IMG/VR virus record: IMGVR_UViG_2917849834_000006 | Location: 1-39,408 of that record | DNA: 39,408 nucleotides | Strand: one strand, 5' to 3' | Origin: a virus | Lineage: Duplodnaviria > Heunggongvirae > Uroviricota > Caudoviricetes | Part shown: piece after piece, positions 1 through 8,033 of the stretch | How positions within the stretch are numbered: the stretch's first letter is position 1 | How the letters are laid out: every line of letters starts with the position of its first letter | Translations under genes and position numbers: made by a program | Notes under the pieces: generated by a model | Databases searched by the model: none | What the model was told of the DNA's origin: nothing | Seen by the model: the letters and a program-made list of their open reading frames with translations, nothing else

Positions 1-90
1 TTGCCTCCCCCCCGTTGATGGGTAAAATAGCCGCAATTTTTCGTTTTCAACAAGCGCGGCGCGATGCCGCTTACTCAAGAAGAAAGAATT

Positions 91-165
91 ATGACGTTGT
101 CTCCTTATTTGCAAGAGGTGGCGAAGCGCCGCACTTTTGCCATTATTTCTCACCCCAATAATTAA
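91..165 (+). pseudogene. prfC: 5' fragment of the peptide chain release factor 3 gene (about 21 native codons) ending in a premature stop where phage DNA begins; marks the left prophage-host junction
   Basis: Translation of 91-165 is [24 protein letters not shown]; residues 1-22 match the RF3 N-terminus as I recall it (…AIISHPDAGKTT…), with divergence at about position 156 followed by AT-rich DNA. Confidence 0.5.
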
Positions 166-319
166 GCCCAAATTAAAGCTCTTTTACTCTTTCAAAGTCC
201 TTTCAGTTAATTGAGTGCTAATCATATAACTCATTTAATAACATGATGTTATGTGGTTTCTTTAATTGAAAATTCTTTCATGTAACTTTAAATCGATCAG
301 CTTGCTTTCATCAAAAATC

Positions 320-376
320 TGTACATGTGCTTGTACATAATGTACAAAACAGCAGAGGTGTTTTTTTATTTGTACA
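320..376. repeat. Cluster of four TGTACA hexamers immediately upstream of int, including the 17-bp palindrome TTGTACATAATGTACAA (331-347)
   Basis: Read directly; TGTACA at 320, 332, 341 and 371; the half-site resembles the immunity-region operators. Confidence 0.6.
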
Positions 377-385
377 AGGTGAGTA

Positions 386-1609
386 ATGGCGCTGTCTGAT
401 GCGTGGTTGCGTTCAGTCGTTGGAAAGGAACGTGATAAGGTTTTGGTTAAATCCGATCGTGATGGTCTGTCTGTCAGAGTATCACCGAAAGGTCGCGTAG
501 TGTTCCAATATCGTTATCAATGGGCAGGGAAAGGTGAGCGCCTTGATATCGGAACTTACCCGGCAACTGGATTAAAAGAGGCCAGAGAAGAGGTTATCCG
601 TCTCCGTGGTGAACTCGAGTCAAACCGCAATCCACGATTAGTCAAGCAGGCTGAAAAACGAAAAGCTACTGAAGCCATGACGGTAGAGTCTGTGATCCGT
701 GCCTGGTATGAAGCATATTGTGTAAAAAATAAAAAAGGTTCTGAACAGATACTCCGCTCGTTTGAGCTGCACCTGTTCTCTAAAATCGGGAATATCCCTC
801 ACGATGCAGCTACATTGCATGATTGGTTAGAAGTCCTGGAGCCTCTTAGCACTAAGACTCCAGCAATAGCAGACCGATTGCTAATTAACGCAAAGCAGGC
901 CCATGTCTGGGCGTATAAGAGAAAGCTCATTGAAACTCGCCCGCTGTCGGATATCACGGGTAAAGATATGGATATCCGTAAAGGTCAGAAGAAACGGTTT
1001 CTGACACATGATGAAATTAAAATCCTTTATGCTGCGATCGATGGTTCTCGAATGGTTCCTAAATACCGGGCCTTCATTAAACTATTGCTGCATTTTGGCT
1101 GCCGTAGTTCAGAGCTAATTACCGCCAGGGTGGACGATTTTGATTTCATTAATAAAGTATGGACTGTACCACCAGAACGACATAAGACTGGGGAGATAAC
1201 AGGCGAACCGCTAAAGCGGCCCATTATTGAACCGGTTGAAGAGCTTATAAAGTACGCTATTTCTATGAACAATGGTTCCGATATGCTTTTTACTAAGGAA
1301 GGAAGCAGGGAACCCGTTGGTCGGACATCATTGCAGTCGCTGCCTTACAATTTAATGCAGTACGCATGGCGGCGTTTGGGGTATCAATTCCCTCATTGGT
1401 CTCTTCATGATTTGAGGCGAACAGCACGAACAAACTTTTCTGATCTTACTGCGCCTCATATTGCAGAAATAATGCTAGGTCATAAACTGCCAGGGGTATG
1501 GCAAGTTTATGACAAGAGCGATTATCTAGAAGAACAGCGTAAAGCCTACCAGGCATGGTGGGAGAGAGTTGAATCGATCGTTACTTGTACTAACTCAGAC
1601 ACCAACTGA
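386..1609 (+). CDS. int: Phage tyrosine integrase (P4-like family)
   Basis: 407-aa ORF with RBS; C-terminal catalytic region HDLRRTARTNF…LGHKLPGVWQVYDKSDY typical of tyrosine recombinases; position next to the host junction. Confidence 0.9.
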   Translation: MALSDAWLRSVVGKERDKVLVKSDRDGLSVRVSPKGRVVFQYRYQWAGKGERLDIGTYPATGLKEAREEVIRLRGELESNRNPRLVKQAEKRKATEAMTVESVIRAWYEAYCVKNKKGSEQILRSFELHLFSKIGNIPHDAATLHDWLEVLEPLSTKTPAIADRLLINAKQAHVWAYKRKLIETRPLSDITGKDMDIRKGQKKRFLTHDEIKILYAAIDGSRMVPKYRAFIKLLLHFGCRSSELITARVDDFDFINKVWTVPPERHKTGEITGEPLKRPIIEPVEELIKYAISMNNGSDMLFTKEGSREPVGRTSLQSLPYNLMQYAWRRLGYQFPHWSLHDLRRTARTNFSDLTAPHIAEIMLGHKLPGVWQVYDKSDYLEEQRKAYQAWWERVESIVTCTNSDTN

Positions 1610-1796
1610 TAGTTCGCTCTGAGCTAGGAACGGATATTCTTATACAAACGGTGTCGCCAGATTGCAGTAAAACTATTGATTGATAAGTGAGCAGACACAG
1701 ATAAGCAGTCAATGAAACCAAAACTTCGCCAGCGATGACATTATCTGCAAGTCCTTTACTACAAACCTCCCATTTAGCTCTAATGTAAGGAATGCT

Positions 1797-2348
1797 ATGC
1801 ACCATCCAATACCCGCACAGTTAGATACGCCTGAAACCCTGAATTTTTGTCTGAAAGTTGTTCCTGATGCTCATGCTGTATTGATTAAAAATGAACCTTT
1901 CTCGGGAGCGGAAGTTATGGACTGCTTTTCGAATGTTGAAATGGTGATTGAACAGAATGGCGGAAGAGCTGTTTACGGTTGGGCTATCTGGCAGGTACCG
2001 GGAGTTTATATTGAAGCTGAGTTCCACTGTATTTGGGAGAATGATGCTGGAGAAATGCTGGATATCACGCCATATCCTTATAGTACGGAAAATATTTTAT
2101 TTCTACCTGATAGTACGCGGATTTATAGGGGGCAGCAGGTAGACAATATCCGCCAGGCTCTTGTAAATGATCCTGATGTGATCAGATGGTTGTATCTTGC
2201 TAGAAAACGTTTTGAAATATTAAATACTGGTGACCTAGCGAACCAGCATGGGCATATTGAATTGCCACCCAAATTAGCCAAAGAGTTTAGCAAAGTTGTC
2301 GATGAGATAGAAAGGCTGTATTCCCGACTAAATCTCCGATATTCATGA
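1797..2348 (+). CDS. Hypothetical protein, low-GC cargo gene between int and xis
   Basis: 183-aa ORF; no recognisable motifs; lower GC than flanking phage genes. Confidence 0.5.
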   Translation: MHHPIPAQLDTPETLNFCLKVVPDAHAVLIKNEPFSGAEVMDCFSNVEMVIEQNGGRAVYGWAIWQVPGVYIEAEFHCIWENDAGEMLDITPYPYSTENILFLPDSTRIYRGQQVDNIRQALVNDPDVIRWLYLARKRFEILNTGDLANQHGHIELPPKLAKEFSKVVDEIERLYSRLNLRYS

Positions 2349-2452
2349 CGAGAGGGTATTGCTATAACCACTGACCATTGAAGATAACGCCTACGGCAGG
2401 CTGTTCGAGTTAGTTGTATTATGGCGGCATATGCCGCCAGTTTTAATCAGTA

Positions 2453-2656
2453 TTAGCACAGCCACGAGGTCATACCTGTAATTACGGCTTTAGTTAATGC
2501 AATTAACTCCTTGTCAGAAAGTTCTTCTAGTTCCTTTCCAGGAAATAGGCCTGGTAACATGTCATTAGCAATATGTTCCAGCTCAATATATTTTCCTAAA
2601 AGTAAGGAGTCTTTGTATAGTTCAATCAGTTCTTCTTTCATCGATAAATCCCTCAT
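2453..2656 (-). CDS. Small hypothetical protein (67 aa), convergent with the upstream cargo ORF
   Basis: ORF only; acidic helical composition. Confidence 0.35.
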   Translation of the reverse strand: MRDLSMKEELIELYKDSLLLGKYIELEHIANDMLPGLFPGKELEELSDKELIALTKAVITGMTSWLC

Positions 2657-2963
2657 TCTACGCTAGAAAAAACAATCAGTTAACGTTATATAACTAGGCG
2701 ATACTCCCAGAATTCAATTCACAATAGTGCGCACTTATTGTGAAAAGTCGGTCGTGATATGTTTTGCAGATTGCCTAAAGTGACAGTATCTTGCAGCGCA
2801 TACATCAAGAATCGCCGCCGGGCGCACCAGCTGACTGACCTGTTCCCCGTTGTTCAAGGATAGCGTTGCATCGACCCGTTGAACTCACAGCATAGCGCAA
2901 GCTGTCAGATTAGGTTTGGCTTTGTGCCATAGATGTGTCAGCTCCCATCTGAGATAATACACG

Positions 2964-3158
2964 TTACTCAATAACTCCAGCAAACCTGTATATCTTGCGT
3001 GATGCCCATTTATTTGGGCAGGATTTAATATCAGGATCTGGAAAATCAGGCCTGTATTTCTGGCCAGTTCTCCTGTTTACGCTATTCCAGCGAAGAACAG
3101 TCGATACTGAAACGCCACAGAATTCGGCAACTTGTTTTGTTGTCATTAAGTTGTTCAT
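2964..3158 (-). CDS. xis: Excisionase / AlpA-like HTH DNA-binding protein
   Basis: 64 aa; TTKQVAEFCGVSVSTVLRW helix-turn-helix typical of AlpA/Xis family; first gene of the leftward operon near int. Confidence 0.7.
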   Translation of the reverse strand: MNNLMTTKQVAEFCGVSVSTVLRWNSVNRRTGQKYRPDFPDPDIKSCPNKWASRKIYRFAGVIE

Positions 3159-3778
3159 TACTTCACCTCCTGCGGCGGCTCCGGTAGCGGTATCCAGTGG
3201 GTTACTTTCGATGCCGGTTCTTCCCCATCGTCAGTAACTGCCCACCATTTGTTTCTCGACCAATCGTAATACCCTTCGAAGGTATCGCACTCAGTCCAGC
3301 CGTAAGACTTACCCCAACACCAAACATACCGTTTATCGTTCGGCATTCGCTCACTACAGCTTATCCAACCATCCGGAATTACCGGAGAGTTGCCCGACAG
3401 CTCGTTCAACTTGTAAGTCTGGCTTACAGGTTCGGCACCATGAATCATGGCGGTGCGGCGGGCGTTCCAGCCTTCATCAAAACCGACTATGCCATTATTT
3501 AAAGACGGACGAGCATCTGGCACCACCGGTACTGGTTTGGCTATATATAGCGGCTGAACATACCAGCCCTTTGATAACCAACTGTCAGCAATGTTTTTAC
3601 TCCTGGTTATTGCCGGAATACCTAAGCCATTGTCTGAATGCAGCCATGCCACCGGATCCTCTTCCAGCGATGCCAGAGCAATTTCATAAGCACGGCGCTC
3701 AATATCGTCTCGAACCTCTAGGCTGCTGATTCGTTCTTTGATTTCTTTAATCAGTTCTTTATTGGTAAATGTGGTCAT
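3158..3778 (-). CDS. DUF551-like phage early protein
   Basis: 206 aa; C-terminal W/C-rich segment ending THWIPLPEPP characteristic of DUF551. Confidence 0.55.
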   Translation of the reverse strand: MTTFTNKELIKEIKERISSLEVRDDIERRAYEIALASLEEDPVAWLHSDNGLGIPAITRSKNIADSWLSKGWYVQPLYIAKPVPVVPDARPSLNNGIVGFDEGWNARRTAMIHGAEPVSQTYKLNELSGNSPVIPDGWISCSERMPNDKRYVWCWGKSYGWTECDTFEGYYDWSRNKWWAVTDDGEEPASKVTHWIPLPEPPQEVK

Positions 3779-4139
3779 TATGCTCAGCCTCCGGCGCTTT
3801 TGGCATTACTGCCCAGTGAGTGATATTGACGTTTTCAAGGTCCCCGACCTGAAATGTCCACTGCCATTCTCCGGTTTCTTTTTGCCCCCATGTGTACCAG
3901 AGAGAACGCCAGCCAATCAGCCAGCCTTCTCCGTTAGCATCAAATAACAGAACACTTTCATTTGCTGGTGGCAGTTCAGCTGACACTGGTATTATTTTGT
4001 TTTCCAGTGCCGCACATTTAGCTTCAAGCGCGTCGAATTTACGTACCAGGTACTCAGCATTTGTTTCGTTCACTTTCAGATCTCGCGGTACACATCTCCC
4101 ACGAAGAAACCCTTCCATTTCGAAAACATTCATGCGCAT
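3759..4139 (-). CDS. Hypothetical phage early protein (DUF551-like C-terminus)
   Basis: 126 aa; W-rich C-terminus …ITHWAVMPKAPE; overlapping, coupled with neighbours. Confidence 0.5.
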   Translation of the reverse strand: MRMNVFEMEGFLRGRCVPRDLKVNETNAEYLVRKFDALEAKCAALENKIIPVSAELPPANESVLLFDANGEGWLIGWRSLWYTWGQKETGEWQWTFQVGDLENVNITHWAVMPKAPEAEHNDHIYQ

Positions 4140-4666
4140 TTGCGTAACTCCGATAACTCGTTAAAACGTTCCATAAACATCCCGTAGGCATGGTCCGGTG
4201 CCAGTGGAATCACTTTGAACATATCTGTTGCCGGGATACCTTCCAGTACAGGCCAGAAAGAGCCATCATCAAGCCCGAGATCGCGGCGTTCGGTTGCCAG
4301 CATAATGAGATCGGCATATTTCACTGGCGTGCTCATAACCGGAGGTAACCCGTATTTCTCACGGATTACGGCGTCTATTTTTTCTTCCATCCGTTTATAG
4401 TCAGGAAGAAGGCGTTTCAGTGGTGCGGGGATGTCCTGGCAATACGCTTCTGTTGCATCATGCATTAACGCTTCAAAAGCAAATTCCTGATGCACCAGCT
4501 GGCTGCAAAGCACCGCATGTTGGGCGACGCTGTAGAAGTGAGAAAGATGACCGGCAAAGCGGCAGATATTTGAAAGGGAAACCGCGATATCGTTAATAAC
4601 GATGTCGTCTTTATTTATCTTGTCATAATAAAAATGCTTCCCGGAAAAAGTTTTAATAAATGACAT
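4130..4666 (-). CDS. HD-domain phosphohydrolase-like protein
   Basis: H…HD motif (AQHAVL…LMHDATEAY); likely start is the internal ATG at 4666 preceded by GGAG, rather than the track start at 4729. Confidence 0.6.
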   Translation of the reverse strand: MSFIKTFSGKHFYYDKINKDDIVINDIAVSLSNICRFAGHLSHFYSVAQHAVLCSQLVHQEFAFEALMHDATEAYCQDIPAPLKRLLPDYKRMEEKIDAVIREKYGLPPVMSTPVKYADLIMLATERRDLGLDDGSFWPVLEGIPATDMFKVIPLAPDHAYGMFMERFNELSELRKCA

Positions 4667-5337
4667 TTCGTTCTCCACTTTATATGCGCTGCACCGCGCT
4701 GAATTTTGGGAAAAGGAAGCCCTCACCATCCGGCGATTATTGAGTCAATTACGTTTCAATAGATGCCCCAGCAGGGGCGGTTAGTTTCTCCACAAAACAG
4801 AGAAGAACACCTGCGGTGACAGCCGCCCGGATGGATTGGGTTATGAGCCCGTCGTCCGGTGATGCTCTTCTCTGTTTTGTAAAAAGAGCGGTACCAGCCG
4901 GAAGCAATGGTACAAACTGATACCGCCAAGGCAGTGGCTGTTGTGGCGGGGTTGTCACTCAGGCGTATGGTCAGCCTGACAACCCGGTGTCCTCAACGGG
5001 GAAAGAGTAACCCCGCCATACTTACCGCCGCGCCATTTCGCGGATTACCACAACGCTGAGAGCACTTAGCCAGTTCGGCGCCACACTTTGTCTCGGCTCC
5101 ATAAATGCTCTTATCGTTGCACCCTGGTCTCTTCCCAGGCGTCAAACCGAATCGCCACGCTGGTTAGGCGTCTTATCAGCATCATCATTGACTTGCACAT
5201 TCCGGCTACCTGGTTTGTTTGCCCGAGCAAGGAGTGGATTGTCCCCTTTAACGTCTCCAGACCGCTAACGACGCATGTGCCATACGCCGTGTTACAACCA
5301 AACTTTGTTTGAATCTTGCCTGTTGCATGTTTCTTTT

Positions 5338-5371
5338 GGATACATTATGTATCCCAAGGGTACATTGTCAA
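5338..5371 (-). promoter_or_regulatory. Candidate leftward early promoter (PL-like) with overlapping operators
   Basis: Minus strand TTGACA (5371-5366), 16-nt spacer, CATAAT (5349-5344); 17-bp palindrome GGATACATTATGTATCC (5338-5354) and operator-like site TGTATCCCAAGGGTACA (5348-5364). Confidence 0.45.
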
Positions 5372-5398
5372 GTATAAAAAAACCTGCCGAAGCAGGTT
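5372..5398 (-). terminator. Rho-independent terminator downstream of the cI-like gene
   Basis: Minus-strand hairpin AACCTGC-ttcg-GCAGGTT followed by a T7 run, 13 nt after the cI stop. Confidence 0.6.
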
Positions 5399-5410
5399 CA
5401 TAAATATTGA

Positions 5411-6085
5411 TTAGGTCTTTATTTTGTATCTTCTTGGTTTTCCCGAGAAAATCACTGTACCAATTATAGAGCAATTACCGTTGATCTTAATGTAAGGTTC
5501 AGGCCAGTTTGGGTTTAATGCTTTGAGGTAACGCTGTGTTCCATCTTCTATCAACCGCTTGAAGGTGGTTTCGCCTGTATCGTGCATCAATGCAATAACG
5601 TCGTCACCGTGGCAGGCAGGGACTTCAGGATCAACAAAAATCATGTCTCCTGGGCGGTACTCATCAATCATTGAATCACCAATCACCCGCAAGATATAAG
5701 TCATTTCACCACAGGGTACAGGGCAGGGATAAGTTTCTGCTGTGCTCAAATCAACCTCAGAATAACCAACTTCTTTCCATGCTCCGGCCTGTACCCATGA
5801 TATGACAGGGACTAACGTTATTTGTTTGTTAGTGATTGAAACATCAGGTTTTTTTGTGATGTTCGTTGTCTGGTGTTCTTGATCAAGCCATCCGACAGGC
5901 AGGTCGAAACATTTTTCGATGTGCCGTGCCATGCTGTCACCGATATTTTTAGTTGCACCATCTCCCATAAACCTGCTGGTCTGGGTTGGCTCGCGATCAA
6001 TCATGGTGGCAAAGGAAGAATTCCCGCCAACACCATCTCTCAGTTTTCTGGCGTTAGACCGCCGGATGTCATGGACTGTTTTCAT
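5411..6085 (-). CDS. cI-like repressor with C-terminal S24 (LexA-like) autopeptidase domain
   Basis: 224 aa; N-terminal HTH region and C-terminal VIGDSMIDEYRPGDMIFVDPE S24 signature; divergent from the cro-like gene. Confidence 0.85.
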   Translation of the reverse strand: MKTVHDIRRSNARKLRDGVGGNSSFATMIDREPTQTSRFMGDGATKNIGDSMARHIEKCFDLPVGWLDQEHQTTNITKKPDVSITNKQITLVPVISWVQAGAWKEVGYSEVDLSTAETYPCPVPCGEMTYILRVIGDSMIDEYRPGDMIFVDPEVPACHGDDVIALMHDTGETTFKRLIEDGTQRYLKALNPNWPEPYIKINGNCSIIGTVIFSGKPRRYKIKT

Positions 6086-6100
6086 AATGAAATTAAAACC

Positions 6101-6169
6101 CTTGTACCGTTAAGGTACAAGTATCTTGAAGGTTCATTTTAATCATGTAATATGTACATCGGAGGTACA
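6101..6169. promoter_or_regulatory. OR-like operator/promoter region with two 17-bp operators (TGTACC-N5-GGTACA at 6103-6119; TGTACA-N5-GGTACA at 6153-6169)
   Basis: Perfect palindrome CTTGTACCGTTAAGGTACAAG at 6101-6121; second near-identical site overlapping the cro RBS; candidate rightward promoter TTGAAG (6126-6131), 16 nt, TAATAT (6148-6153). Confidence 0.6.
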
Positions 6170-6175
6170 TATTGT

Positions 6176-6376
6176 ATGAAAGCGTATTGGGACTCTTTAA
6201 CCAAAGAACAGCAGGGCGAGTTGGCCGGAAAAGTTGGCTCAACACCAGGCTACTTACGGCTGGTTTTCAATGGTTATAAAAAAGCCAGTTTTGTGCTGGC
6301 TAAAAAAATTGAGCAATGCACGTCAGGTGCAATTACGAAATCTGACTTAAGACCGGATATCTATCCGAAAGATTAA
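6176..6376 (+). CDS. Cro-like / YdaS-like HTH regulator
   Basis: Small basic protein divergent from cI; likely start is the ATG at 6176 after GGAGG, rather than the track start at 6152. Confidence 0.65.
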   Translation: MKAYWDSLTKEQQGELAGKVGSTPGYLRLVFNGYKKASFVLAKKIEQCTSGAITKSDLRPDIYPKD

Positions 6377-6407
6377 CAGAACACCTTCAATTTTTAACCA
6401 CAGAACG

Positions 6408-6971
6408 ATGAGGCTAACCGTGGGTAAGCATCACTGGAAAGTAGAAAAACAGCCTGAGTGGTACGTGAAAGCTGTCAGAAAAACTATCGCGGCATTGCCG
6501 GGGGGTTACGCTGAAGCTGCTGACTGGCTGGATGTAACAGAGAACGCATTATTTAACCGCCTTCGTGCCGATGGCGATCAGATTTTCCCGCTGGGATGGG
6601 CAATGATTTTACAGCGCGCGGCTGGCACTCACTACATTGCGGATGCTGTCGCACAGTCTGCTGGTGGGGTGTTTGTATCGCTTCCTGAAATTGAGGAAGT
6701 AGAGAACGCCGATATAAACCAGCGCCTGCTGGAAGTCATCGAACAGATCGGGAGTTACTCAAAGCAGATTCGTTCGGCAATCGAAGATGGGGTAGTGGAG
6801 CCACACGAGCAGACAGCAATTAATGATGAGTTGTATCTGTCAATTTCGAAGCTCCAGGAGCATGCAGCACTGGTCTACAAAATCTTTTGCGCTCCAGAAA
6901 AGAGTGACGCCCGCGAGTGTGCAGCTCCGGGCGTCGTGGCGTTTTGTGTCTGTGGAGAAACTAACGCATGA
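6408..6971 (+). CDS. CII-like regulatory protein (CP76/YdaT-like), tentative
   Basis: 187-aa ORF directly after cro; family assignment is from position and general resemblance only. Confidence 0.4.
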   Translation: MRLTVGKHHWKVEKQPEWYVKAVRKTIAALPGGYAEAADWLDVTENALFNRLRADGDQIFPLGWAMILQRAAGTHYIADAVAQSAGGVFVSLPEIEEVENADINQRLLEVIEQIGSYSKQIRSAIEDGVVEPHEQTAINDELYLSISKLQEHAALVYKIFCAPEKSDARECAAPGVVAFCVCGETNA

Positions 6972-7804
6972 ACAGTTTAACGGCAAATAATCGTTTGTCG
7001 CAACAGCTGGTGGTCAGTGTCGCTGAACACCTGTTGTTACGGCATGAATGCAGATTACCAAATCACCTGGCTGTAAGTAACCACAGAGAACTTTACCTGA
7101 CTGTGGGGGGCGAGTTGTGCAGGAACTTAACCGCTGGTTTCGTGACGGAAGAGGGCTTTATGTCCATGTTATTCGTTGGGAGCCAGAAACACAGCGCGTT
7201 ATCTATCTTCGCAAAGACTACCCGCATGAGTGCTTTAGTCCTTTGTGGAAATTCAGGCGTGATTTTGTTGAGTGTGAAGGACCACCAGCACATTGATTCT
7301 GCCATTCTGGGACGTTACACTGTTCAGGCACCTTATAAAGCGGGTGCCGGGATTGGCGTCCTGGAATTGCATACGGCGACAATTGGCGCGTTAGCGTCTT
7401 TTTTGTTGCTACAACTCAGCTATACCCAAATTATGGTGGGCTGGGTGGGGGCACCGAAAGGTGCGCCGGTTTCCGTATGCGCCGGTTACGCCAACCCTGC
7501 TCAGTTCACCACCAGCGAAATTGGCGTTTCCGGTGGTGGAAGTTATCCATTGCATACGGAGGCTGCCATCATGGCTACTGTCCCAGCCCTCTCTCGTCTG
7601 AATGATGACGACTTACATAAACTCAGTTATGTAACAACTGCACTACGTGCTCTGCGCAAGGTAACTCTTTCGGATCCGCAGGCGCATCAGGTTCTGGTAG
7701 AAACCCTTCTTAACTTGCAGGCTGAACGTATTCGTCTGGCGGATAAGGCTAATTTTCATATTCACCGTCTCCTTAATATCAGCGGAGGGCATCGTCATGC
7801 TTAA
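6968..7804 (+). CDS. Hypothetical protein (early right operon)
   Basis: 278-aa ORF with overlapping stop/start coupling; an alternative-frame protein-like ORF at about 7078-7260 leaves the reading frame in this segment uncertain. Confidence 0.4.
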   Translation: MNSLTANNRLSQQLVVSVAEHLLLRHECRLPNHLAVSNHRELYLTVGGELCRNLTAGFVTEEGFMSMLFVGSQKHSALSIFAKTTRMSALVLCGNSGVILLSVKDHQHIDSAILGRYTVQAPYKAGAGIGVLELHTATIGALASFLLLQLSYTQIMVGWVGAPKGAPVSVCAGYANPAQFTTSEIGVSGGGSYPLHTEAAIMATVPALSRLNDDDLHKLSYVTTALRALRKVTLSDPQAHQVLVETLLNLQAERIRLADKANFHIHRLLNISGGHRHA

Positions 7805-8033
7805 TCCGTTGATTCTCAATATTTGCCGTTTGCTTCAGCGTAAAAAAACATCAATTCCTACAGTTGGGCAGTGGTACACCACGCCTGCAGGGCATGTTCT
7901 ACGTGTTAGCCTGGTTGACCGTGAATGTCAGAAGGTGATTTGTGAACCGCTGGGCCGTAATTACCGCGTCAGTATGCCGCTTATAGCCTTTCGCTCCGGA
8001 AAAAACATGAAGCATCTCGGAGGTGCAGCATGA
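7797..8033 (+). CDS. Hypothetical protein
   Basis: 78-aa ORF, ATGCTTAA overlap with the upstream gene. Confidence 0.4.
   Translation: MLNPLILNICRLLQRKKTSIPTVGQWYTTPAGHVLRVSLVDRECQKVICEPLGRNYRVSMPLIAFRSGKNMKHLGGAA

Noticed and set aside
1-385. tRNA gene at the integrase-proximal junction
   Set aside because: No cloverleaf-compatible sequence found; the flank instead encodes the start of a protein-coding gene (prfC-like).
4749-4958. 69-aa minus-strand ORF as a possible N-like antiterminator
   Set aside because: No arginine-rich motif, no RBS, GC-rich Pro/Ala composition; treated as part of a structured untranslated leader.
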